Source: a virus
IMG/VR virus record: IMGVR_UViG_3300010373_000002
Location: 32,001 to 96,000 of that record
Reading direction: 5' to 3' (one strand)
Length of the DNA: 64,000 bases
Below are positions 54,649 to 64,000 of this stretch, piece after piece. Position numbers and translations under genes: made by a program. The notes under the pieces are model-generated. The model was not told the origin of the DNA. It made no database searches and saw nothing but the letters and a program-made list of their open reading frames with translations. Position 1 is the stretch's first letter; every line of letters starts with the position of its first letter.

Positions 54649-55485
54649 ATGAAGCAATACCTTGATCTTTTACGGAAGATTTGCTTTGACGGAGAAGAGA
54701 AGGAGTCTCGGGCGGTCCTCCAAAGCACGGGGACCAAGCCGAAGACTCGGAGCATCTTCGGGTATCAGTGCCGGTACGACCTTCGCGAAGGATTCCCGAT
54801 CGTCACCACGAAGCATGTCCCGTTCCGCCAAGTCGCCGTCGAATTGATCTGGTTCTTGCGCGGCGACACGAATATCTCGTATCTTCGTGGTCACGGGGTC
54901 AAGATTTGGGACCAATGGGCAGACTGTAACGGCGAACTTGGCCCGATTTATGGGAAGAAATGGCGCAAGTGGGAAGGAGGCTACGGAGAACAAGTAGATC
55001 AGATTGCGGAACTCTTAAAGGGGATCGAGGAAGTCAAAGCGGACCCGACCGCCTCTGCGTCCAGAAGGCTTATCGTGACGTCTTGGAACCCTTCCGACGT
55101 GAAAGAGTTCAAGGGGCCGAGCGGTTGTCACACGCTCTGTCAATTCTACGTGCTTAACGGTCGGCTGTCTTGCCATCTCTACCAGAGGTCCGCAGATGCC
55201 TTCCTGGGCGTTCCTTGGAACATCTCGTGCTACGCCTTGTTGACGGAGCTAGTCGCCAAGGTGACGAAACTAGAGGCTTACGAGTTCATCCACACGTTCG
55301 GCGACGCACACGTTTACGAGAACCACTTCGAGCAAGTAGCCGATCAGATGTCTCGGGAACCCAAGAAACTTCCACGGCTGATCATCGAAGAACCTCTTGA
55401 TAATTTAGATCGCATTTTTCCGTCTCAACTTAGACTCTTGAACTACCAACACTGTCCACGTCTTACCGGGGAGGTCGCCGTATGA
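54649..55485 (+). CDS. thyA: thymidylate synthase
   Basis: MKQYLDL, FP..TTK, ELIWFLRG, LGPIYG, SRR, CH, YQRSAD.FLGVP.N, GDAH.Y.NH. Confidence 0.97.
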   Translation: MKQYLDLLRKICFDGEEKESRAVLQSTGTKPKTRSIFGYQCRYDLREGFPIVTTKHVPFRQVAVELIWFLRGDTNISYLRGHGVKIWDQWADCNGELGPIYGKKWRKWEGGYGEQVDQIAELLKGIEEVKADPTASASRRLIVTSWNPSDVKEFKGPSGCHTLCQFYVLNGRLSCHLYQRSADAFLGVPWNISCYALLTELVAKVTKLEAYEFIHTFGDAHVYENHFEQVADQMSREPKKLPRLIIEEPLDNLDRIFPSQLRLLNYQHCPRLTGEVAV

Positions 55486-56174
55486 TAATCTCCGCAATCG
55501 CCGCGATGGACGTGAACGGCGTCATCGGCTCTGGCGGAAAGATTCCTTGGCATCTCCCCGAGGACTTGAAGCGGTTCCGAGAGATCACGCTCGGATACCC
55601 GGTCATTATGGGCAGGAAGACGGCCGAGTCCTTGCCGGGACCGCTTGAGCGACGGCTGAATATTGTGTTGACTTACGATGAGGCTTATTGGAAGAAAGGA
55701 TTCGATACGGCCAATTCTATTGAATACGCTATCAAGATCGCCGAGGAGTATTCGGACGGCAAAGAAGCTTTCATCATCGGAGGCGGCAGAATCTTCACTA
55801 TGACGCCTCGATTCTGGGACCGACTATTTCTCACGGTGGTTGATGACGAAGAGGTTTCATGGGACGGAAACGACGCGACGCTCACTAAGCCGGAAGTCAA
55901 TGGCGACACTTTTTTCCCAGTCGAGTGGGCGTTAAGTCAAAGGTGGAGTCCGAGTTTCTTTTGCGAATTTCGTGATTGGTCGAAGACGAACACGAGGCGT
56001 AACTGGTTCCTTGAACTAAACAAGCGAGAAGATGCAATATGGGATGAAGGTGGGGCCTACTTCGACATCCACAAATTCATCAAGTCCAGGCACACGCTCT
56101 TTGGAGGCAAGATCGAGTTCGGATCGGTCAAGGGAAGCACGTTCGATCACTCGGAACAGGAGCCATACGTATGA
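55482..56174 (+). CDS. folA: dihydrofolate reductase
   Basis: GVIG..G.IPWHLPEDLKRF, VIMGRKT.ESL, R.NIVLT, IIGGG, GDTFFP. Confidence 0.95.
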   Translation: MIISAIAAMDVNGVIGSGGKIPWHLPEDLKRFREITLGYPVIMGRKTAESLPGPLERRLNIVLTYDEAYWKKGFDTANSIEYAIKIAEEYSDGKEAFIIGGGRIFTMTPRFWDRLFLTVVDDEEVSWDGNDATLTKPEVNGDTFFPVEWALSQRWSPSFFCEFRDWSKTNTRRNWFLELNKREDAIWDEGGAYFDIHKFIKSRHTLFGGKIEFGSVKGSTFDHSEQEPYV

Positions 56175-56467
56175 GCGGCGGCTACTTCGACTACAAGCAG
56201 CACGAAATTACCGACATCGCCGATAGCGTCGAGCAGTTGATTCTCGACAACGAATCTACCTATGAAGACGAATATAATGATTCCAAGGGAAGGAACTACG
56301 GCCCGAAAGTGATTACGGCCTTCATGGAAGGGCTGGTGGCGCTCAGGGTGGCTCAGGTCTATGCACAACGCATCGACTATCTATTGACCGGCGATGACAG
56401 CGAAGAGGAGGTTCTCGGAGCGGCTGAAGGAAGAACTCGAAGGATTGACGAAGGGAGGTCCGCTTGA
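56171..56467 (+). CDS. phage hypothetical protein (MSGG.FDY type), possible 3' frameshift
   Basis: MSGGYFDYKQ..I..IAD..A.VYAQRIDYLL.GDD. Confidence 0.75.
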   Translation: MSGGYFDYKQHEITDIADSVEQLILDNESTYEDEYNDSKGRNYGPKVITAFMEGLVALRVAQVYAQRIDYLLTGDDSEEEVLGAAEGRTRRIDEGRSA

Positions 56468-57510
56468 GCGTCACCCTTAAAGCTCCCTTTCCGTACTGGG
56501 GAGGCAAACAGAAAGCAGCGTCTCTCGTATGGGAAAGACTTGGAGACGTAGACAATTATTGCGAACCGTTTTTCGGCTCTGGCGCCAACCTTTTATCGCG
56601 TCCGCATGAGCCGAAGGTTGAAACCGTCAACGATATTGACGCCATGATCGCAAACTTTTGGCGGGCGACTCAAGCCGATCCAGAAGCGGTGGCGAAGTTG
56701 GCGAACCGTCCCGTGAATGAGACCGATCAACATGCAATCCATCGTTGGCTTGTTCTGTCCGAAGAGTCTAAGCGGTTCCGCGAGAGGATGAAGACCGACC
56801 CCGACTATTTCGACGCCAAGATCGCGGCGTGGTGGTGTTGGGGAATGTGCGTGTGGATCGGCAGCGGGTTTTGTAAGAATCCAGAATCTCAACAAATTCC
56901 ACGGTTAGCCAGCCATGATGGGCGCGGAGGCGAAGGTATTCATAATGAAAATTTGCCGACTGGGAACCGCCCTCAACTCGCGGACGCCTACTCTCGCGGT
57001 CGCGGAGTTCACGGCAATGACGCTATGGGAACTTGCGAAAAACGCGAGCGGTGGTTGATCGAATGGTTTTCCGCCCTTCGTGATCGACTTCGAGCCGTCC
57101 GAGTTTGTTGTGGCGACTGGTCGAGAATCTGCGGATCGTCTTCCACTACAACAAGATTAGGACTTACTGGTTTGTTTATGGACCCCCCTTATGGTGACGC
57201 AGCCAGTCGTAATATGAGCCTGTATGCTCACGACTCGGGAACCGTTGCCGGTGAAGTTTTATCTTACTGCCTTGAACACGGCGATGACCCAATGTTCCGT
57301 ATTGTTTTGGCCGGCTACGAAGGCGAAGGCCACGACATCTTGGAAGAAAAGGGCTGGGATGTCATCGCGTGGAAGGGCGGTGGCGGTTACGGCAACCGAA
57401 CAGAGGCCGGAAAGGCGAACTCGGCTAAAGAGCGGCTATGGTGTTCACCGCACTGTATCCAAAAAGAAGAGTTGGAACTAGGCATGTTCGCGAACTGCGG
57501 ATTCAAATAA
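56464..57510 (+). CDS. DNA adenine methyltransferase (D12/Dam-like)
   Basis: PFPYWGGK, EPFFGSGA, ETVND, NFW, DPPY. Confidence 0.9.
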   Translation: MSVTLKAPFPYWGGKQKAASLVWERLGDVDNYCEPFFGSGANLLSRPHEPKVETVNDIDAMIANFWRATQADPEAVAKLANRPVNETDQHAIHRWLVLSEESKRFRERMKTDPDYFDAKIAAWWCWGMCVWIGSGFCKNPESQQIPRLASHDGRGGEGIHNENLPTGNRPQLADAYSRGRGVHGNDAMGTCEKRERWLIEWFSALRDRLRAVRVCCGDWSRICGSSSTTTRLGLTGLFMDPPYGDAASRNMSLYAHDSGTVAGEVLSYCLEHGDDPMFRIVLAGYEGEGHDILEEKGWDVIAWKGGGGYGNRTEAGKANSAKERLWCSPHCIQKEELELGMFANCGFK

Positions 57511-57520
57511 GGAGAATAAC

Positions 57521-57721
57521 ATGAAGACTGTTTATCGTTCAATAAACATCGATCTCTTCGAGCCTGGCGATTGGGTTTCGATTTGCGGTAACAAAAATAT
57601 GATGGGGTATGTCCGAGAAGCCATATATCGAGAAGGGAAAGAAGAATATGGCCGCGTAAAGGTCTCTAGAAGAGAGTCTGATATGGTAGTTATTGGCACG
57701 ACTCGAAAGATTTGGTTTTAG
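57521..57721 (+). CDS. hypothetical protein
   Basis: AAGGAG RBS; FEPGDWV. Confidence 0.65.
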   Translation: MKTVYRSINIDLFEPGDWVSICGNKNMMGYVREAIYREGKEEYGRVKVSRRESDMVVIGTTRKIWF

Positions 57722-58035
57722 CGAAACGACGACTGCCGCGAGAAGACCCTCTATTTGTTCGGGCGAACTATATAGGCGGAGAACTATGGGAGATGGTTTT
57801 TACGCACGGAGATCACAACGGAAACTTCTATCTAGGTCAGCCATGTTGCGATCCCGTTAGTGAATATGCGACAGTTTTAGTTATGGATAAATCAGGGAAT
57901 CTCGGAGGAGTGTTCCATAAGGGTTTCCTTCCCGGCCTCTTTGAAGGCGATGACTTTCCGTTGTTGTCCCAGTTTCTTGAGAGAGCCAACAAGCACGGAT
58001 ACCGAGTCTTCCGAGAAGTGAAAGGGAACCTATGA
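57712..58035 (+). CDS. hypothetical protein
   Basis: 107-aa ORF, ATGA overlap with next gene. Confidence 0.55.
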   Translation: MVLAKRRLPREDPLFVRANYIGGELWEMVFTHGDHNGNFYLGQPCCDPVSEYATVLVMDKSGNLGGVFHKGFLPGLFEGDDFPLLSQFLERANKHGYRVFREVKGNL

Positions 58036-58502
58036 ACCAAGATCATATTGACGCCGCCTTGAAGCAAATCGAGTCGGCTGACGACTGCGTTGAGATCAAG
58101 TCGATCACGGGCGAAGACTGCGCTCGGGCGATGGCGAAGTTCGGATGCACGGTGACTGACAGTCTCATGTTTGAGGTTGGCGGCCAATCGCATCCCTTAT
58201 TGGCTTATGTCGCGACGAATGACGTTGGCCCGATCAGTCATATCCCCCTCACGAAGATTGACTATCGAGACGTTTTCGAACCGGAGTATTACATCGCCTT
58301 ATCGTTGGCGTCATCGAAGGCTTATATTCAAGGTTGGCTTGCCGGCTGGGACGATAGGTGGCCTACGGAAAACAATATTTACTTGAAAGACGCCGAGACT
58401 CGATACGAAATGGCCCTCGGCTTCATCGACGGGATGGAAGCGAAAGGTTTCTTTGAACTATTGAAGGAGATCGAAGTTGGATCAAGTGAATCCTCTGATT
58501 GA
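58032..58502 (+). CDS. hypothetical protein
   Basis: 156-aa ORF, AAGGGA RBS. Confidence 0.7.
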   Translation: MNQDHIDAALKQIESADDCVEIKSITGEDCARAMAKFGCTVTDSLMFEVGGQSHPLLAYVATNDVGPISHIPLTKIDYRDVFEPEYYIALSLASSKAYIQGWLAGWDDRWPTENNIYLKDAETRYEMALGFIDGMEAKGFFELLKEIEVGSSESSD

Positions 58503-59604
58503 ATACTTCTCCGGCGGCGGGACCGTGGCCGACTTACAAGCGAACCGCTGTATCCAAGTGATTCCGCACGCCAAGTTGCCGCTCGACATCCTTCTCGCCC
58601 ACAAGACGGATTCCAACAAGATCGACCCTGTGACTCGCGAGTGTCGCGGTACGGTCATTGAGCGTGGGACCAACCGGATCGTCGCCAAGTCGTTCAAGCG
58701 GTTTTTTGATTACCGCCACGCAAAGGCCGGCGACTTCGACTGGGAAGACTTCATGGCTACAGTCAAGGAAGACGGCATCATGACGCCGGTCTACTCGTGG
58801 GAAGGCCGATGGTTCTCCGGGACCAAAGGCACATTCGGCGACCGGGTTGTCTCCGGCGACAAGACTCATCAAGAGAACTTTTGGCATGTCTCGCGGATCG
58901 ACCCGCACGGACTCGATCCGGCGTGGACCTACGTCTTTGAGTTATGCGTGGACTTCCCCGGCAGGATCAAGCGGTACGCCAGGCCAAAACCAATCCTCTT
59001 GACGATGTTCGACCCGGTGACGTGCCGGGAACTGAGCGACGGCGAGATTGCGAAGGCGGCTCGTTTTATCCGGGTGGCACGGCCGACGAAGATCGAGTTT
59101 GATTGGGACGATCCGATCGCTGAGATCAAGAGATTTCTCGGCGACAACGATATCGCCAACGGCATGTCTCCGGCGGTCCCAGGTATCGAAGGTCTCGTCG
59201 TCAAGGACTGTAACGGCGAGCGACTGAAGTTCAAGACAAAGACTTGGGAATATCTCCACAGGCTCAATAACAACGGAATGGAAGTGGAAGATTCCGCGTT
59301 GGCCGAGTTCCACTTTAAAGTGAACAGCGGATTTCTCTGGGACTTCCCGGTGGAACGTCTCCAATTGCAAGCGGTGCAAGTTGCCGTGAAGATCGGCGAC
59401 GCATACGACGAACTCAAATATGTTTGGCTTCGAGTGAAAGATATCGAAGGCCAAAAAGAATTCGCGGAGGCAGTCAAGGATGAGCCGTTTTCCTTTGTCT
59501 TATTTAAGGCGAGGAAACTCAGAGATTTCCCTGCGGCGTGGTACGATTCCGGCAGTCAGATCGTCAAGAAGTTGTTCGGCGAGAAGAAGGAGAACGCTCA
59601 GTGA
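58477..59604 (+). CDS. T4 Rnl1-like RNA ligase
   Basis: RECRG..F.RFF, motif I KEDG, T.VFEL, EGLVV, RLKFK..Y..LH. Confidence 0.88.
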   Translation: MDQVNPLIEYFSGGGTVADLQANRCIQVIPHAKLPLDILLAHKTDSNKIDPVTRECRGTVIERGTNRIVAKSFKRFFDYRHAKAGDFDWEDFMATVKEDGIMTPVYSWEGRWFSGTKGTFGDRVVSGDKTHQENFWHVSRIDPHGLDPAWTYVFELCVDFPGRIKRYARPKPILLTMFDPVTCRELSDGEIAKAARFIRVARPTKIEFDWDDPIAEIKRFLGDNDIANGMSPAVPGIEGLVVKDCNGERLKFKTKTWEYLHRLNNNGMEVEDSALAEFHFKVNSGFLWDFPVERLQLQAVQVAVKIGDAYDELKYVWLRVKDIEGQKEFAEAVKDEPFSFVLFKARKLRDFPAAWYDSGSQIVKKLFGEKKENAQ

Positions 59605-59921
59605 CCGATACGGAAAAGCATGAATTCTTAGGAGAACTAACTGAACTTGTAGGTAATTTGAACTACAAAGGCTTTGAGTTTATCTTGAGGCCGGATCAAA
59701 GTTTTGACGGTCTTCTGGAATTTACAGTTCAAAAGAAAACATACAGCAAAGACATGGTTCTCGATAGGTCGATTTCAAGAATCTGCTTTTCCGTGGAGAC
59801 TGCGTTCCACTCGAAATACTATTTCACTCCTGATTTTGTTTTCAACATGATCATGGATGTCGAGCGACTAATTTCTCGGAAGTTATTCGACGAGAACAAC
59901 GCCAACCTTTTCCAATCCTAA
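59601..59921 (+). CDS. hypothetical protein
   Basis: GTGA overlap, AAGGAG RBS. Confidence 0.65.
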   Translation: MTDTEKHEFLGELTELVGNLNYKGFEFILRPDQSFDGLLEFTVQKKTYSKDMVLDRSISRICFSVETAFHSKYYFTPDFVFNMIMDVERLISRKLFDENNANLFQS

Positions 59922-59950
59922 TCATCCCGCACGTCAACACAGAGGCTAGA

Positions 59951-62900
59951 ATGCTCAACGATAGCGTTTCCACGTCCAACGGTCACAAAAACGGCCAAGT
60001 TGCCGACGATTATCTTCACCGTCATTGCGGTATGAAGTTCGAGGCTACGTTCAACCAGACCGACCCCTTAATCACGAATAAGGATCAATTCAAGTGGGGC
60101 AAGAGGCCCATCAAGATCACGGCGGCTGACGGTAAGGTCGTGTTCGAGCGGAAAGAGTGCGAGTTCCCCGAGTCATGGTCCGACAACGCTTGCCAAGTGG
60201 TTGCGTCGAAGTATTTCTACGGGACTCCCGGCAAGGAGCCTTGCGAGAACAGCGTTGACGAACTCGTGACTCGCGTGGTCAACACGATCGCCGACTGGGG
60301 CTTCAAAGACGGTTACTTCGACCGAGCCGAGGCGTGGCGATTCGAGCGGGAATTGTACTCGCTCTGCGTCGGCCAGTATGCCAGCTTTAACTCGCCGGTT
60401 TGGTTTAACGTCGGTCTTCACGATCACTATGGAGTCTCAAGCGATTCAACTGGGTCCCGATGGGATGACGAGAAGAAGCAGGCTGTTCCTGCCGAGGATG
60501 GATATAAGTATCCACAGGCAAGCGCATGTTTTATCTTGGGTGTCGATGACAACATGGATAGCATTCTCGAACTCGCTAAAACCGAGGGAATGTTGTTTCG
60601 TTATGGGTCTGGCGCTGGCTCTGATCTTTCCACGATCCGATCAAGTAAGGAATTTCTTACCGGCGGCGGCAAGCCTTCCGGTCCTCTTAGTTTTATGATA
60701 ATCTACGACGCCGTGGCTAGCGTAGTTAAGTCGGGTGGAAAAAACCGTCGCGCCGCGAAGATTCAGACATTGAAATGTTTTCATCCAGACGTTGTAGATT
60801 TTATCGAATGTAAGCAGAAAGAAGAGAAGAAGGCTAAAGCCCTTATCGCTCAAGGCTACGAGGCGAACTACAACGGCGAAGCGTACTCGTCTGTTTGTTT
60901 CCAAAACAGCAACCTCTCTGTTCGTCTCAGCGACGACTTCCTTTACGCCGTCGAGAACGACTTGCCGTGGACCACGAAAGCGGTGACGGACGGTCGCGAC
61001 ATGGAGACGTTCCAGGCTAGAGACATCCTCCGCAAGATCGCCGAGAACGCTTGGCAATGCGGAGACCCCGGCGTCCAGTACGAGGACACGATCCAGAAGT
61101 GGCACACGCTCCCGAACACGGCCCCGATAAATTCGTCGAACCCATGCTGTTTTGTCGGCGAGACGTTAATCAAGACTTCTTTTGGTAGCCTATCTATCGA
61201 GTACCTGGCAAGCCGAGACTCCGAGGGCGGCTGTCCTCTTCCGTCCGTGGTTTCTTACGACAAAGAAGATAAATGCACGCAATGGGGAGAAATCGTTAAG
61301 GCTTGGAAGTCTGGCGAGACAACTGAACTTGTGGAAGTGACGATCCGCTCGGGAGAAAAATTTCGTTGCACGCCGGAGCACGTTTGGTACGTGGATGGGT
61401 TCCATCCATGCGAAGCTAAAGACTTAATGGGTCATCGGGTAGATTTCTACTTGGATTCCTCTAGTGCGACACAAAAAGAATTAGTTGTTTCCGTCGAAAC
61501 ACTGAAATTGGCCGATCCTGTTCCGGTTTACGATATCGAGGTTAGGGACAATCACAATTTCACAATCACATCTGAAAATTCTCTTCGTGGGTATTTCGTC
61601 AGTAATTCGGAATACATGAGCATTGATGACAGCGCTTGCAATTTGTCTTCTTTGAACCTCGTTAAGTTTCTGCGTGCCGATGGAACCTTCGACACGGATC
61701 GCTATCGTGCCGCTGCTCGCCTCATGCTAACTGCCCAAGAGATTCTTGTTTCCCGTTGCGGCTACCCCACGAAGAAAATCGCCGAGAACGCACACCGCTT
61801 CCGCCAGCTTGGCCTTGGGTATGCGAACCTCGGCTGTCTCTTGATGCGTATGGGACTCCCCTACGACTCCGACGAAGGTCGCCACGTCGCCGCTTGCCTC
61901 ACGTCGCTGCTAACGGCCGAGGCGTACCGAACGAGTGCGGAGATCGCCGGAATCAAGGGACCGTTCGAGGGATTCGAGGTCAACAAAGATCCGATGCTTA
62001 ACGTGCTAGCGATGCACGCCCAAGCTGGAGACGATTTATTGAGGGCCGGAATTCCTGGAAGGCTTGACTACGCTCAGTCTGAGGCTTGGACGGAATGCTC
62101 GAAGTTGGCGCAAAAGTATGGTGTCCGCAATTCGCAAGTCACTGTTATAGCTCCAACTGGCACGATTGCACTCATGCAAGATTGCGACACAACAGGCATT
62201 GAGCCTGACCTCGGCCTTGTGAAAACTAAGTATCTTGCCGGCGGCGGCACAATGAGGATCGTCAACCAGAGCGTCAAGGCGGCGCTCAAGAACCTCGGCT
62301 ACTACGACGCACCTGTCTCGGACATCCTTGAATATATCGAACAGCATGGAACCGTCGAAGGTTGCAAGTCGATCGAATCGAAAGACCTTGCCGTCTTCGA
62401 CTGCTCGAATCCCGGCACGAAGGGCGGCCGGGCGATTCACCACATGGGCCACGTCAAAATGTTGTCGGCGGTCCAGCCGTTCGTCTCGGGCAGCATCTCG
62501 AAGACGGTCAACATGCCCGAATCCGCTACCGTCCAAGACATCTCCGATACCTATCTTGAAGGGTGGAAACTCGGCCTGAAGTGTATCGCCATCTACCGGG
62601 ACAATTCCAAGGGAAGCCAACCCCTCCAGATCGGTGACACTAAGGAAGGGGAGAAGACGGAACGGATCAAGGTCTCTACGCCGAAGGAGACTCCCGAGGA
62701 ACAACTTAAAAGGCTAATGAAGGCTCTGAATCCTCATGCGAGTCCGTCGCTAATCGAAGGCGGTATGAAATATCTCCCGGTCCCCAACAAGCGAGAGCGG
62801 CTTCCCGACACTCGCGAGAGCATCACTCACAAGTTCAACATCGGCGGCCATGAAGGCTACTTGACCGTTGGACTGTTCCCCGATGGACGCCCTGGGGAGC

Positions 62901-63394
62901 TATTCGTGACCATCAGCAAGGAAGGCAGTACGATTGCCGGTCTAATGGATATGATCGGCGTGACGGTCTCCCTGTGCCTCCAGTACGGCGTTCCGCTGCA
63001 AGTGCTGGTGGACAAGTTCAGTCATACGAAGTTCGACCCATCCGGGTTTACAAAAGAGAAGGACATTCCGATCGCGTCCAGCATAGGCGACTATGTGTTC
63101 CGATGGTTGGCGATGAAGTTTATTCCCGGCTACCGCGAGGCGAACACACCGAAGCGAGAGGAGAAGGCGGTAATTGCCGGCGACTTATGCGACGGTTTGG
63201 CCGAACGAGAGAAGCAAGAAGAAATGTCCGACCGAGCGATGAAGAAACTGACCGACAGGCTTCATGAAGTCAAAATCTCCCATCCCAAGCCTCAGACCGA
63301 CGCCCCGATCTGTGACGTGTGCGGCTCTCTGACGGTTCGATCGGGAACCTGCTACGCTTGTCGTAATTGCGGCTCCAGCATGGGTTGCTCTTGA
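59951..63394 (+). CDS. nrdJ: class II (B12-dependent) ribonucleotide reductase with intein, TSCPD domain and C-terminal Zn ribbon
   Basis: FNSPVWFN, SACFI, SGG..RRAAK, NPC[intein]SEY, ACNL, IAPTGT, SKTVN, YRD, CDVCG..CRNCG. Confidence 0.95.
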   Translation: MLNDSVSTSNGHKNGQVADDYLHRHCGMKFEATFNQTDPLITNKDQFKWGKRPIKITAADGKVVFERKECEFPESWSDNACQVVASKYFYGTPGKEPCENSVDELVTRVVNTIADWGFKDGYFDRAEAWRFERELYSLCVGQYASFNSPVWFNVGLHDHYGVSSDSTGSRWDDEKKQAVPAEDGYKYPQASACFILGVDDNMDSILELAKTEGMLFRYGSGAGSDLSTIRSSKEFLTGGGKPSGPLSFMIIYDAVASVVKSGGKNRRAAKIQTLKCFHPDVVDFIECKQKEEKKAKALIAQGYEANYNGEAYSSVCFQNSNLSVRLSDDFLYAVENDLPWTTKAVTDGRDMETFQARDILRKIAENAWQCGDPGVQYEDTIQKWHTLPNTAPINSSNPCCFVGETLIKTSFGSLSIEYLASRDSEGGCPLPSVVSYDKEDKCTQWGEIVKAWKSGETTELVEVTIRSGEKFRCTPEHVWYVDGFHPCEAKDLMGHRVDFYLDSSSATQKELVVSVETLKLADPVPVYDIEVRDNHNFTITSENSLRGYFVSNSEYMSIDDSACNLSSLNLVKFLRADGTFDTDRYRAAARLMLTAQEILVSRCGYPTKKIAENAHRFRQLGLGYANLGCLLMRMGLPYDSDEGRHVAACLTSLLTAEAYRTSAEIAGIKGPFEGFEVNKDPMLNVLAMHAQAGDDLLRAGIPGRLDYAQSEAWTECSKLAQKYGVRNSQVTVIAPTGTIALMQDCDTTGIEPDLGLVKTKYLAGGGTMRIVNQSVKAALKNLGYYDAPVSDILEYIEQHGTVEGCKSIESKDLAVFDCSNPGTKGGRAIHHMGHVKMLSAVQPFVSGSISKTVNMPESATVQDISDTYLEGWKLGLKCIAIYRDNSKGSQPLQIGDTKEGEKTERIKVSTPKETPEEQLKRLMKALNPHASPSLIEGGMKYLPVPNKRERLPDTRESITHKFNIGGHEGYLTVGLFPDGRPGELFVTISKEGSTIAGLMDMIGVTVSLCLQYGVPLQVLVDKFSHTKFDPSGFTKEKDIPIASSIGDYVFRWLAMKFIPGYREANTPKREEKAVIAGDLCDGLAEREKQEEMSDRAMKKLTDRLHEVKISHPKPQTDAPICDVCGSLTVRSGTCYACRNCGSSMGCS
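61148..61606 (+). mobile_element. 153-aa mini-intein in NrdJ (no homing endonuclease)
   Basis: begins CFVGET, block B CTPEH, block F VYDIEV..NHNF, ends VSN with +1 Ser; removal restores NPCSEY. Confidence 0.93.
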
Positions 63395-63403
63395 TAACGC
63401 CGT

Positions 63404-63437
63404 GGGCCGGTCCTCTTTATGGGGATCGGCCCTTTTT
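63404..63437 (+). terminator. rho-independent terminator after nrdJ
   Basis: GGGCCGGTCC-loop-GGATCGGCCC-TTTTT. Confidence 0.85.
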
Positions 63438-63449
63438 CACCGCCAGGGA

Positions 63450-63478
63450 TTGACTATGTGTTTCGTCTAGTGTATAAT
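63450..63478 (+). promoter_or_regulatory. strong sigma70 promoter
   Basis: TTGACT-N17-TATAAT. Confidence 0.85.
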
Positions 63479-63499
63479 TGGAACAGAAAGGGAGAATTC

Positions 63500-63718
63500 A
63501 TGGACAAAGGCTGGGTCGCTTGTCTTGCTTTCTTTGCGATCTCCGCCGCTTCGGTGGCGTGGACTACATGGCATCTCGGCGCTCTTTGGGGATTAGGTAG
63601 TGCCCAGAAGATACTGACCGACTTCGTTGAAAAGGTCGAGAGGATTTCCGAGCAACGCAAAAGTCGAATAGATCAAAGAATCGCACATTTAGAACAAAAA
63701 CTCAACAAGAAGGACTGA
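63500..63718 (+). CDS. membrane-anchored coiled-coil protein
   Basis: AGGGAG RBS; N-terminal TM. Confidence 0.7.
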   Translation: MDKGWVACLAFFAISAASVAWTTWHLGALWGLGSAQKILTDFVEKVERISEQRKSRIDQRIAHLEQKLNKKD

Positions 63719-63722
63719 TTCA

Positions 63723-64000
63723 GTGGCTAACGTGAACAAGGTGATGCTCATCGGCCGTTTGACCGCCGATCCCGAACTTCGGCACACGGCCAACGGGACT
63801 GCCGTTTGCGACCTTCGGATGGCGACCTCGCGAGTGAGCAACAGTAAGACCGGCGAGAGCAAGGAAGAGAAGCTGTTCATCGACGTGACCGTGTGGCAGC
63901 GGGACGCCGAGAACGCTTGCCAGTATCTCGCGAAGGGTTCGATGGTCCACATTGAAGGTCATCTCAAGATGGAGCAATGGGAGGACAAGAACTCCGGCGA
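63723..64000 (+). CDS. ssb: single-stranded DNA-binding protein (partial)
   Basis: MANVNKVMLIGRLTADPELRHT..FIDVTVW..AENACQYL.KGS.V.IEG.L; runs off window end. Confidence 0.95.
   Translation, partial: MANVNKVMLIGRLTADPELRHTANGTAVCDLRMATSRVSNSKTGESKEEKLFIDVTVWQRDAENACQYLAKGSMVHIEGHLKMEQWEDKNSG

Noticed and set aside
56464-57510. Restriction-modification system
   Set aside because: No adjacent endonuclease; consistent with an orphan protective methyltransferase
1-64000. Alternative genetic code (stop-codon reassignment)
   Set aside because: Conserved genes (terL, capsid, thyA, nrdJ) are full length in code 11, and all three stop codons terminate genes

Overview
The whole window looks like part of one tailed dsDNA phage genome, probably a siphovirus with an HK97-fold head. 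The host is likely a Planctomycete, which is an inference from protein motifs and abundant CGATCG. Layout: (1) 1-6.1 kb, leftward small hypothetical early-type genes with shared intergenic modules; (2) 6.1-7.35 kb, non-coding divergent-promoter region with an AT-rich repeat block, a probable packaging terminus or origin; (3) 7.36-42.3 kb, rightward morphogenesis arm: terS, terL, nucleotide-metabolism insert, portal, protease, capsid, about 11 kb of spike/fibre genes including two papain-like proteases, neck, tail tube, tape measure and Cys-rich tail-tip genes; (4) 43.2-45 kb, switch-like region with face-to-face promoters; (5) 45-64 kb, replication and nucleotide genes: Prim-Pol, helicase, HNH, thyA, folA, adenine MTase, RNA ligase, intein-containing NrdJ, SSB. 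No integrase, DNA polymerase or recognisable peptidoglycan endolysin is visible in the window. Best candidates for new biology: two papain-family cysteine proteases together with a secreted, divergent chagasin-like inhibitor; a palindrome inside a DNA-binding protein gene that recurs in the control region; and two densely structured non-coding elements. All family calls come from motif recognition by eye, not database searches.
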